Shown here piece by piece: positions 12,057 to 22,941 of a stretch of DNA of 64,000 nt. The stretch spans positions 29,240,078 to 29,304,077 of the forward strand of contig NC_081366.1 in NCBI RefSeq assembly GCF_030684315.1, written 5' to 3'. Source of the stretch: Stegostoma tigrinum (taxonomy: Eukaryota). A model generated the notes under the pieces. The model ran no database searches and was not told the origin of the DNA. It saw only the letters and a program-made list of their open reading frames with translations. Made by a program: the position numbers and the translations under genes. How positions within the stretch are numbered: the stretch's first letter is position 1; each line of letters begins with the position of its first letter.

Positions 12057-14529
12057 GTAAAAATAACAGGGCAGTAACCAGTAGGGAATTTCCACTTTGC
12101 TAACGTTAATTGGGATAAATTAAGTGTAAAAGGGTTAGAAGAAGCAGAATTCATAAAATGTAGGAGAAAATTTTTAAGCCAGCCTGCAGAAAGTCCTACA
12201 AGACACAAGACAGTACTGAACGTAATTTTAAGGAACAAAGCCAGGCATACAGCAGATGCGTCAGTGAGAGAACATTTTGCTTTCGGTAAGCGTAACTCAA
12301 TAAAATTTAAAGTTCTCATGGAAAGGGACAAATATGTGCCAGAAATAAAGAGGAAGAGTTCAGAGGAAGGGAAATATTAATACAACAAGACAGGAAATGG
12401 TCAAAATGAACTGGGAGCAGCCACTTGTTGGAAAATCTGCATCAGAGCAGTGTGAACTTTCAAAAGGGAAATAATGAAAGTGCAGAGCTAAAATGTTCCT
12501 GTGAAGGTGGTGGGTGGGACCAAAAATTTCTGAGAACCCTGGGAGCCCAAGGATTGGAGAGCGAAACGTATGATAGATACAGAGGCCTGTGAGAACCTAA
12601 AGGTTTTATAGAAAGAGCAGGAGACTATGTGAAAAAGAAATTAGGAAAGTGAAGTGAGGAGCATACAAAAACACTAGTGGATAAAATAAAAACAACTTTT
12701 TTATGGGCAAAATGACAAGCAGGGACAACGTGGGGTCCATTAGGGACCTAAGTGGCAAACTGTGGGAGAGCTGGAAGGTGTAGGTGATGTTTTAAGTGAT
12801 GACCTTACATCTGTATTCACAATAAAGAAGATCTATAGAGGTTTAGAAATCAGGGAGGAGAACCTTGACATATTTGAATAAATTACCGTTGAGGACGTGG
12901 TTTTAGTGAGTTTGAAATTGGAGATGATGCCAGGACCAGATGGGATTTAACCCAAACTGTAGTGGGGGGGGGTAAAGGAAGAGATTGCAGGAGCTCTGAC
13001 ATTAATTTTCAGATCGTCTCTGGACATAGCTGAAGATGACTGGAGAATAGCTAATGTGGTGCTATTATTCACAAAGATTGATAAAGATAAACCAGGAAAT
13101 TATAGGCTGGTAAGTCTAACATCAGTGGTAGGGAAATATTATTAAAAGCTCTGAAGGGTAGAATTAATTTCCACTTGCAGAGGCAGGGAAGAATAAAGGA
13201 AAGTCAACATGACTTTGTCAGCGGAGTTTATGCCTGAGAAGCTTGGTTGAATTTTTTGAGGAAATGAGTAGATGCGTGGATGAGAGTATTACAGAAGATA
13301 TGGCCTGTGCTTGGCTTTTGACAAGGCCTCACATAGGAGACTGGTCAACAAATTAAGAGGCTGTGGGATCTAGGCAATTTCACAAATAGGATCCAAAATT
13401 ATCTCAGTGACAGGAAGCAGAGGTAATGATTGAAGTTTGTTTTTATGGCTGGAAGCCTCTTCAAGTAGCATACTGTTGGATTTGGTGCTGGGTTCATCAT
13501 TGTTTGTACTATACATCAATGGTTCAGACATGAATGTAGGACATGTGATCAGTAAGTTCATAGAAGATATGAAAATTTGTGATGTGGTAAATAATAAGAA
13601 GGAACGCCATAGATAATGGGACGATATAGGTGGGCTGGTCAGATGGATAGAGCAATGGAAAATAGAATTTAACCTGAAAAGCATGAGGTGATGCTTTTTG
13701 GGAGGACTAACAAGACATGGGAGTACAAAACGAATTGTAGGATTCTGTGAAGTACAGGGGATCAGAGGGACTTTGGTGTGCTTGTCCACAGATCTTTGAA
13801 GGTAGGATAAGGTGGTTAAGAATGCCTATGGGATACTTGGCTTGTTTAGTTGAGTATTAAATAGAAGAGCAGGGAATTTATGATGGAGCTGCAATGTATA
13901 TTAGTTAGGCCACAGCCGGAGTATAGTGTGCAGTTCACACTGTTATGTTATAGAAATGATGTGATTATACGAGAAGAGGAGATTCACAGGATGATGCCTG
14001 GCTAGAGCATATTAGTTAAGAAGAGTGACTAGATAGGCTGGGGTTATTTTTCTTAGGGCAGAAAAGGCTGAGAGGGACCTGGTGGAAGTGTACAAACTGA
14101 TGAGGGGCAGACCTTGGGTAGATCAGAAGAAACATTTTTCCCCTTAGTAGAGGAATCAATCACTGCGGGGTATAGATTTAAGGTTGAGGACAGGAAGTTT
14201 AAATAGGATTTAAAGAAGATTCTTTTTCCACTCAGAAGGTAGTGGATATCTGGAAATCACTGCTTGAAAGAGTGATAGAGGTCGGAACCATTGCAACATA
14301 TAAGAAGTATTTAGATAATTTGAGCCACACATACAAGGCGATGGGCCAAGTGCTGGTATGTCAGATTAGAGTAGGTGAGTCCTTAGTGACCAGCATAGAT
14401 ACAATGGCCTAAGTGGCCTCTTTCTGTGATGTAGAGCATTATGACCCTTTGTTGCGTCAAGCCAGATCTCAGCTCCAAATAATTCTGATTGCTTTTTGGA
14501 GGGTAGGCAAAAGGCATTATCTTTGCTCA

Positions 14530-14745
14530 AACACAAATGGGAAGTGTTGGAGGTGTTTAGCAAGTCTGGTGACTCCTCTGCAAATAGAGAAAATGTCACT
14601 GACATTTCTGGTAGAACTAATACAGATCATGAATTTGAAGAGTTGATTCTGTTTCGCTCTACATGAGCAATGAGGTACCTGATGAGGATTTCCATCTTTT
14701 TACATTTATATTTTAGCTTTCTATTAGCAGTACTACTTTGCTTTT
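14530..14745. mobile_element. Old degraded Penelope-derived palindromic mini-element
   Basis: Left arm gtgttggaggtgtttagcaagtctgg...gacatttc and right arm ttgattctgtttcgctc...cctgatgaggatttcc follow the layout of 60470-60713. Confidence 0.45.
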
Positions 14746-15144
14746 CTAAAATTTATCTCACAGTGGGCGTTTGTAAGTGTGGGTTAGTTCCAGTTTGAAC
14801 TAAAAAACTATTTTCCACAAAATATATTTTAATGTGAACAAAGCTAAAGTTTTTAGGGTGTTTCTGTCAGGATCTCACACATGGCCAGGTTCAAAGAAGT
14901 GGAGTTAACTTGCATTATGTGAATGACTGAGATGTGTGTGATTGTCTGACACAGCAGTGGTTGGAAGTTATATTAAAGCCTGAGCCTTTGATAGGCTTTA
15001 AAAGTAGAGACAACATAGCACAAAAGTCAAGATTTTTTTGCCAACCTCACTTGTTCCCAGTTCTGGGTGCTGGGAGGATGTAAAGGAAGAGGAGGTGGGG
15101 TATAGAATTGGCCCAAAACCAGCAGAAGTCCACTATTTATTTCA

Positions 15145-15340
15145 GAGATAATGGGAACTGCAGATGCTGGAGAATCCAAGATAACAAAGTGTCGAGCTGG
15201 ATGAACACAGCAGGCCAGGCAGCATCTGAGGAACACTAAAGTTGACATTTCAGGTGAAGGGCCTAGGCCCGAAACGTCAGCTTTTGTGCTCCTAAGATGC
15301 TGCTTGGCCTGCTGTGTTCAGACAGCTTCACACTTTGTTA
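15145..15340. mobile_element. Penelope-derived palindromic mini-element (subfamily A)
   Basis: Arms are reverse complements around 15255. 16-bp direct repeat tccactatttatttca at 15129-15144 and 15341-15356. Hammerhead core truncated (tgaagggcctaggcccgaaacgtc). Confidence 0.93.
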
Positions 15341-15613
15341 TCCACTATTTATTTCACTGACTTTGTACAGAGTCTTTCTCATGATGTAAATGGGTCCAGC
15401 CAATATATTCCTAACACAACTAACTGCATTAAATCCAGCCCTAGAAGAGCCTTATCCCCTTAATTTCCAAAAGAGCCAGCTGTGGAAAATCATCCTCTAC
15501 ATAAGTTCCATGTATAGGAAAATACACTGCCCATCAAGTTATTCTTTTCCCTTTGTCGCATCACTTTTCAAATGAAGAAATCAGTGTAACCTGGGACCAA
15601 TGAATTCCCAAAC

Positions 15614-15748
15614 CTGTTTATTTTCTTCCTCCAGTTATTAATATGGTCCAAAGAACAGTTCAGTGGAGCATCACTTTTCCTGTTTGCACGTTTTTGTGTT
15701 CCTGCAGCACTTTGATAGTAAGCTTTCATCTCAAAAATCTCAACAAAA
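15614..15748 (-). CDS. Candidate internal exon, 135 nt, phase 2-2 (tentative)
   Basis: Acceptor ttttttttgacag, donor AG/gtttgg. Only the phase-2 frame is open: FVEIFEMKAYYQSAAGTQKRANRKSDAPLNCSLDHINNWRKKIN. Confidence 0.33.
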
Positions 15749-16837
15749 CTGTCAAAAAAAACTCATTTAAAACCATTGGCTGTTGGGGAATGATGTGATT
15801 TGTGTTACAAGCGCATTAATTCAAGTTGGATTACTCATCTTTGTCGTTCCGTTTGGCTAAAATTTAGTGTAATTCATGGAGCTTATGCATCAACATAAAA
15901 GTATCTCATTGATCATTCTTTCTCCTTACGAAATTAATGTTGATTTCTCTTGCATTTATTTGCAAATGTCCTTTTGCTTCTGGTTACGTGTTCTTTCCTA
16001 AGTACACCGCTGTATATGCAGCTCAAAGACTTATTATTTTTCTGCTCCTTGATTAGCCTCATGACATTTTCGGCCTCAGTACCTACAAATGATTACAGTC
16101 ACACACACAGAATCAGCAACTGTGTCACTGGCAGGAATCTCTCCCTCAATTGTTTTGTGCACCTTAAAATTCAATCAGGCTACCAGCAATCATAATCTGC
16201 CTGACCACACTGGCATCATTACGCCCTCCCTTCTGCCAATTCCTGCAGCTGTCTACTCATTGTAACTCTTCCATTGAGATCTTCACATGCACAATCCTAC
16301 TATTTCAGGTTTCCGTGTGGCCTTTTACCAGCTGGGATCCGTTCCACCATAATTAAAAGACAGTGACCTTCAGCCATAAGGCAGACCTGACCTGTCTACT
16401 ATTATTTTCTCACCAAATGCACATCTTTGCTACAGAATGCAGCCCACTCCTTTTCAGTACTTTTTGAGCCTTTTGCATGCTGTGTTTTCAACTGATATGC
16501 AACATTCTAATTCTCATTGTTCCACAAAAGAAAACAGTTTTATTGTATAATTATTAAGTTCCTGCTATATTTATTAAGTTCAACACCATTTTAATAATGA
16601 GTAAATGTCGGCCCCTTCTGCACTAGTGTATTATAGTGATTTCTTCAAAACTATTCCTGTGCACAACAACGCTAAATTAATGCAGTCTTTAAGTGATGAC
16701 ATAAGTACTATGCCTATTTTGTTTCAATTTATGCTATATATAGGACATGTACAGGATAGAAGAATGGTTTCGAAACCTCCTATGTCCAATTAAATTACTG
16801 TACAATGCAGACTGTCTTGTGCAAAAAGTATGCTTAC

Positions 16838-16901
16838 CTCTGCTTGTTTAAATCAGTGGAGATTTCATTTTTTTTCTATTTCTATCTCTACTTTTGAGAT
16901 C
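16838..16901 (-). CDS. Candidate internal exon, 64 nt (open only if one A of an A8 run is removed)
   Basis: Acceptor cttctttaaattgcag, donor AG/gtaagc. With 7 A it reads ISKVEIEIEKNEISTDLNKQ in phase 2-2. Confidence 0.28.
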
Positions 16902-17175
16902 CTGCAATTTAAAGAAGTTACAAACGGGGCAATTTTTGACTTTGTTTTCAACTGTGGTACTTTCCAGGATTACTGTTTGGACTTCACATAGGCACGAGTC
17001 TAATCCCCATTACCCACATTAAAATAGTCATGTGGAAAACGGTATGTAAACCCAAATTCCAAACAAGAACTCTGGACACAATAAGTTTCAATAATTTAAA
17101 AATCCTCGTGTAGCACCTAGAGAAAAAAAATTGATTAATATGCTATCACTGACAAGGTCAGCATTTAATGCTCAC

Positions 17176-17238
17176 CTACATATACAATATAGCGGGGTAA
17201 TTTGAGAACTGTGTTGCTGCGTTTTTGTGGGACTTATG
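17176..17238 (-). CDS. Candidate internal exon, 63 nt, phase 2-2 (tentative)
   Basis: Acceptor gttcctaacctttcag, donor AG/gtgagc. Only the phase-2 frame is open: ISPTKTQQHSSQITPLYCIC. Confidence 0.33.
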   Translation of the reverse strand, partial: HKSHKNAATQFSNYPAILYM

Positions 17239-17544
17239 CTGAAAGGTTAGGAACCTAGGCCATTGGTAGTACAGACAAATTTTCAGTGGTGACAGCAGAA
17301 AAACTAGAACTTCCAAGGGCAACCACCCACGGTTGAAGAATCCTTCAGGAAAAGAATTTGAGTTTTCTTTCAACACCTGAGGAAAGCATGGAAAATCACC
17401 TCGAGACCTAATTTCTGTGGTCACAATGCTAGTGCAGTTGAAAATGGAAGGCTGTCGTTTGCAACTGAAGAGGAAGTTGCACGACAGTGAAATGTGGCAA
17501 AATAAGCAGAAGCCCCGTCCCAAGACAGATGATTTCTACAGATG

Positions 17545-18214
17545 TTATTGAGTGGCTTTCTAGGCAATTACCAGAGGACAGTTAAGGGCCAAACGACTTA
17601 CAGTGGGTCTGGTATCACATATAGGTGAGAGTGAAATGGCAGTTTTCCTTTCCTGAAGTACATTGCAAACAAAATGATTCTTTTTAATCCAATGGTTTCA
17701 TGGTCACCATTGCCGATATTTGCTTTTCATTCATTCCAAGTTCATTTAATTATCTGAATTTAATTAACCCAGCAACCGCAATGGGATTTAAAGTCACACC
17801 ACCCAGATCAGTAGCCCAGGCCAAAGGATTATAGGACAGTAGGGGTGCCACAGTGACTCAGCGGTCAAACGGCTGCCTCACAGCTCCAGGGACCCGGGTT
17901 TGATTCCAGCCTCGGGTGACTGTCTGGGTGGAGTCTGCACATTCTCCTTTTGTCCGTGTGGGTTTTCTCGGGGTGCTCCGGTTTCCTACTGTCCAAAGAT
18001 TTGAAGGTTGGGTGGATTGGCCATGCTAAATTGCCCCATTGTGTCCAGGGGCATGCGGGCTAGGTGGGTTAGCCAGGGTAAATGTGGAGTTACAGGGTGG
18101 AGGGGTTTCAGCCTCAGCTGGATGTTCTTTGGAGAGTCTTTGCAGACTGGATGAGACAAATGGCCTCTCTCTGCACTGTAGGGATTCCATGATTACTAGT
18201 TCAGCAACATAACC
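17545..18214 (-). mobile_element. Degraded DeuSINE-like SINE, head interrupted by the HE1-like SINE
   Basis: 17560-17832 aligns by eye to 10710-10975. The head resumes at 18195-18214 (ctagttcagcaacataacc). Confidence 0.65.
17842..18194 (+). mobile_element. HE1/V-SINE-like SINE
   Basis: gtgactcagcgg A box, gggtttgattcc B box, gggtgctccggtttcc core, ctgtagggattccatga tail. Matches 3125-3490. Confidence 0.85.
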
Positions 18215-18980
18215 TGAACAATTTCTATTAAAATTGAAATCATAAAATATTGTATAATAGAATTGTAACACTTATACAAAGCCACAGTTTTATAAAGGTA
18301 TATCAATTTTGTCTTCAATAATGGTCTGTTCATTTAAAAAAGTAAAATTAAATCCCATTACTGCACAAATTCCATTAAAAATCTCTGACTGGTGACGTAT
18401 AGGTGGCTGCTCTCTTTTGTTTCAGGAGAATAAAATTAATGCATCTCTCTTTCCCTCTTGATGTGAATCTACATTTCACCCTAGATTTATTTTAATCAAA
18501 TAATCGTGATCCTATCAAATCACTCAGTAATTTTGCACGGAAATAAATGGACCAGGGAATTCCATTCTTTTCTGTTGCAAGAGAAAAGTCAGAGCCTCTT
18601 TTCCACTTCAATAAAGGCAAATCAGAAAATATTTGTCACATCTGTCACACAGAGAGCCCATGTTGCTGTAGCAGCATACATTTTTACATCTGTTATAGTC
18701 TGAAGCTTTTGGTAATAGTCAGGTCAAGTCTCTAACATTTTTCTTTCATACTTCCATAATATAGCTGCTCAGGAATCTCTTCTGATCTTATTGACTGTCA
18801 CTGACATATGTTTGAAGAATTTGCAAGTTGACAAATCAATTTGCTTGGCCAAGCTATGCTTTCACCTTGTTTGGTTGTTAAGTTCTGGGATGAGATTCAA
18901 ACTCAAACCTCTGACTCAGGAGAGGTAAGCATTACCCACCACAACAAAAGACAAAAATTACATTAGCTCGGAAATCTTAC

Positions 18981-19040
18981 TTTAATCTACTAACCAACTT
19001 CATTGTATTGTGAGTCTTAGTAGAGAATAACTTCAGAAAG
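18981..19040 (-). CDS. Candidate internal exon, 60 nt, phase 2-2 (tentative)
   Basis: Acceptor gcatttattatag, donor AA/gtaaga. Only the phase-2 frame is open: FLKLFSTKTHNTMKLVSRL. Confidence 0.25.
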
Positions 19041-19976
19041 CTATAATAAATGCTACATAAAATTATTTTTCTTCCATTTTAGATTAAAAGGCTGTTCTAG
19101 TTGAAAGCAAGTCTGAAACCTGTGACATCTAACAAACCAACTGTTAGAACTTTCTCCATCAGAATACAACATGCCCATCAAATAAAACAGTTATCACAGC
19201 AACTGGAAATGATAAACAGTTAATTCATTATCTGAAGTAGCCAGACAGTAAATAATACTAAAACTGTATTTAAATTGCACAAGATCAGCACACAAAATTT
19301 TTCCAGTCAAGTGAAATTTCTGTGCATGTGAGAAATTATATTCCATCAAATTGACATTGGATCAGGATCCTGAAGTCAATTGCTCTCATCTAGATTTCCC
19401 TAGGGCTGATTTCTACCACTTTGGTTTTAGTGGGAAAGTGGTTGAGCTCATGAAAAAGCAGTACAGACCCTTTTTAATTCTGGAATCCTTTCTAAACATG
19501 CATGGCTCTCACACCGTGCCTGCTCATTGCGAAGATCACAGAGGTGGCTCAAAGAGGGAAGACCTCCTTCAGCAAATGTGATAAGGTTTGAAAACATTGC
19601 TCAATGAAACTGAAGAACTCTGGCCATGGACAGGTAAAATCTGTTTTTGATAGAGCTTCTCCTCTGAGAGAATTTTGTCACCACTTGAAACACAATTACC
19701 AATTTCTTTGAGTGTACTTCACCTGCCCAATGTCCTCCTCACCTTCACTCACACTCCCCTGCTTCCAATTTTCACCAAACATGGGACCAGCTAATTCAGC
19801 TCCAGCTTCCATTTCTACTGAAGAGCAAAAGCAGAAGCCACAACACTGTAAGTAGTTCCAACAGTAGCAACACACAGCCATAGCCTCGAGACAGGTTAAA
19901 GGAGATGGGCATCTAAATCCATCAGGAAGAAGGTATCCCAACAAAGGACCTATAGACATTGGATCAACATCTCAAT

Positions 19977-20668
19977 ATAGAACATAGAACATAGAACAGT
20001 ACAGCACAGTACAGGCCCTTAGGCCCATGATGCTGTGCTGACCTATTATCCTACTAAGATCAAACTACCCTGCGTGCCCTTCATTTTACTATCCTCTGTG
20101 TGCCTATTCAAGAGACACTTAAAAGTCTCTGAAGTGACTCCACTACCACTGCCGGCAGCGCACTCCACACATCCACCACTCTTTGTGTAAAGAACCTACC
20201 TCTGACATCCCCCCTATACCTTCTCACAATCACTTTAAAATTATGCTCCCTCATAGTACAGTCATTTGCACCCTAGGAAAAAGTCTCTGGCTATCCGCTC
20301 TATCTATGCCTCTCATCATCTTATACACCTCTGTCAAGTCACCTCTCATCCTTCTTCGCTCCAATGAGAAAAGCCCTAGCTCCCTCAAACTTTCTTCATA
20401 AGACCCGACCTCCAGTCCAGGCAGGATCCTGGGAAATATCCTCTGCACCTTCTCTAAAGCTTCCAAATCCTTCCTATAATGAGGCGACCAGAACTGAACA
20501 CAATATTCCAAGTGTGGTCAAGCCAGTGTTTTATAGATCTGCAGCATAACTTTGCAGCTCTTACATTCAATTCCCCTGCCAATGAAAGCCAGCAACACCA
20601 TACACCATAGTTTGAGAAATCTATGGACATGGACCCCAGATCCCTCTGTTCCTCCACACACTGTCTGA
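19977..20668 (-). mobile_element. 5'-truncated CR1 LINE
   Basis: ORF 20251-20511 EYCVQFWSPHYRKDLEALEKVQR...LFSLERRRMRGDL. (catagaa)n tail. Confidence 0.93.
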
Positions 20669-21329
20669 ACACTACTGCCTGAGGAGGTCCAGACTATCAC
20701 TGGAGGTCTATAATGGCATGGAACAAGATTTCCTTTCCAGTGGTTAAGAAAAGAAACTGGCATATTATCTGTGACCAACAATATTCCTTTCACTGTAACT
20801 TTCACAGCTTTCCATTGCCACCCATGCCTTCACAAACTCTGAAACTCTGCCTCTGGTCAAGCCTTGCGTTCTCCTCTTTTGCAAGAAAATTAAGCAGAGC
20901 TGTGTGTTCATTTCACCTTGTGTGGAGGGGAGGACAAGGCATTATTTGTGGAGAATCACCGTGAAGCATTATCCAATAAGACAATATACTGTGTGAATGT
21001 GAGTGTTTGCTGCTTAGAGAGAGATGTGACTTACGTAGAAAGATAGGAATAAGTGAAGCTGCAAGTGTGTTATCTTGAGGAATATAATGTAAGTGAATGC
21101 CTGGCAGGTTACAGTTTAAGGCTTGACACCTACAGATGTTATGCCACTTGCTTTCCTCATTGCCATGAAGCACTGGACCTTCTTAGTGCATTATCTCTAG
21201 ATTAGGTGGACCACAGTTCTGCTGCTGACAACCTCAGCCTGTTCTATCCACACCTGATAAGTTGGAGAGCTTTGCCTCTTTCTCCTGATCTTGACAAAGG
21301 TCATATTATTGAATTTTCTCAGATCTTAC

Positions 21330-21574
21330 AACAAGACCTTCAACAAGAATGAAAGATCCAAAGGGAGGAAATCTCCCCAAGGTCTTCTCCTTTCTTTTCT
21401 CCATTCCAAAAATATGAGTGGAGGTGAGACTTTGAACCTATATTGTAGACCATTAATTGAAAAGACCTCATCTGATAGAATGGAAAATTCATCTGTCTGC
21501 TCTCTCTGTGTTTGTTTAGGAGCCTGGAGGACAGACACCAATGTGATTGCTCTGCGAAAGATCATTGGCAAAGC
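21330..21574 (-). CDS. Candidate exon, 245 nt, phase 0-2 (tentative)
   Basis: Acceptor tttcttaatgatcag, donor TT/gtaaga. Open frame ALPMIFRRAITLVSVLQAPK...SFLLKVL. An alternative acceptor at 21603 gives 273 nt with one TGA. Confidence 0.2.
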
Positions 21575-21699
21575 CTGATCATTAAGAAATCAGGTTAAAA
21601 ACCTGAAAAATTATTCACTCTTTTGGCGGAGACTAAGCCGACAGGATTCTTTCACACCAACACAAGCAGCAATTCCTACAGCAACATAAGCACCTCCAT

Positions 21700-22030
21700 T
21701 CTTTAATCAATTCCCTCTTTTACCCCTTTCCTTCCATTTGTTTCACTTCACCCAACTCTAACTTACATCCTGTTCTTTCCCCTCCCCTTTTTTTCCTCAA
21801 TCTTCTCAGCATCTTTCCTTTTCCCCATTCCCTTTATCTCTCCACTTTCATCCGAATGCACCCTTCATTTCCCTCTCCACACCTTTCTTCCTGTTATGCC
21901 CTTCCACTCTTTGTTCACCTCTTGTCTCTTCCCAATTCTTTCTCTCAATCTTTCTTTGGCCCTTCTATTAACACGTCTTTATCCTCTCCCACACTATTCT
22001 CATTCCCCTATGTGCTCCTTCTTCTATTTG
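21700..22030 (+). repeat. Pyrimidine-rich low-complexity tract
   Basis: About 330 bp of predominantly C/T. Confidence 0.7.
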
Positions 22031-22195
22031 GATTATCTATGTTAGCTGAATTCAATGCAAAGCTTGCTTCATCTGAAAATTGCCCTTCTCCTCATGCAGC
22101 ACCATTGGAGATAAACTAGGTAGTGATCTACATGATAACAAAGTGTGAAGCTGGATGAACACAGCAGGCCAAGCAGCATCTCAGAAGCACAAAAG

Positions 22196-22227
22196 CTGAC
22201 GTTTCGGGCCTAGACCCTTCATCAGAG
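22196..22227 (-). ncRNA. Minimal hammerhead motif, core intact
   Basis: Minus strand ctCTGATGAagggtctaggcccGAAAcgTCag. Confidence 0.7.
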
Positions 22228-22909
22228 AGGGGCATGGGGGAGAGGGTTCTGGAATAAATAGGGAGAGAGGGGGAGGCGGACCGAAGATGGAGAGAAAAGA
22301 AGATAGGTGGAGAGGAGAGTATAGGTGGGGAGGTAGGGTGGGGGTAGGTCAGTAGACTTGGGGACCGCTTTGCAGAACACCTCCGCTCGGTTCGCAATAA
22401 ACAACTGCACCTCCCAGTCGCGAACCATTTTAACTCCCCCTCCCATTCCTCGGACGACATGTCCATCATGGGCCTCCTGCAGTGCAACAATGATGCCACC
22501 CAAAGGTTGCAGGAACAGCAACTCATATTCCGCTTGGGAACCCTGCAGCCCAATGGTATCAATGTGGACTTCACAAGCTTCAAAATCTCCCCTTCCCCCA
22601 CTGCATCCCAAAACCAGCCCAGTTCGTCCCCTCCCCCCACTGCATCACTAAACCAGCCCAGCTCGTCCCCGCCTGCCTAACCCGTTCTTCCTCTCACCTA
22701 TCCCCTCCTCCCACCTCAAGCCGGACCTCCATTCCCTACCTACTAACCTCATCCCACCTCCTTGACCTGTCCATCTTCCCTGGACTGACCTATCCCCTCC
22801 CCACCTCCCCACCTATACTCTCGTCTCCACCTATCTTCTTTTCTCTCCATCTTCGGTCCGCCTCCCCCTCTCTCTTTATTTATTCCAGAAGCCTCTCCTC
22901 CATCCCCCT

Positions 22910-22941
22910 CTCTGATGAAGGGTCTAGGCCTGAAACGTCAG
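22910..22941 (+). ncRNA. Minimal hammerhead motif, core intact, stem II variant
   Basis: ctCTGATGAagggtctaggcctGAAAcgTCag. Confidence 0.6.

Larger units (their letters stand above)
10430..14445 (+). mobile_element. Near-full-length degraded CR1 LINE (ORF1 SGNH-esterase, ORF2 APE endonuclease + RT, 3' tail)
   Basis: ORF1-like DIVVRDLITRSMDWHFCSCR...GMVCYLLEERVKD...IIVHFGSN. EN region 11600-12330. RT motifs DKPGNYRLVSLTSVVGK (about 13087) and AFDKASH (about 13314). 3' stem-loop at 14405-14445. Many stops and frameshifts. Confidence 0.9.

Noticed and set aside
15145-15340. Classing the palindromes as DNA-transposon MITEs or pre-miRNAs
   Set aside because: The arms match the pLTR of the RT-encoding Penelope copy, the ends are asymmetric, and TSDs vary from 13 to 16 bp.
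21291-21578. 95-aa + strand ORF with nearby splice-like sites
   Set aside because: No recognisable homology and no consistent + strand exon chain. It overlaps the equally tentative minus-strand candidate.
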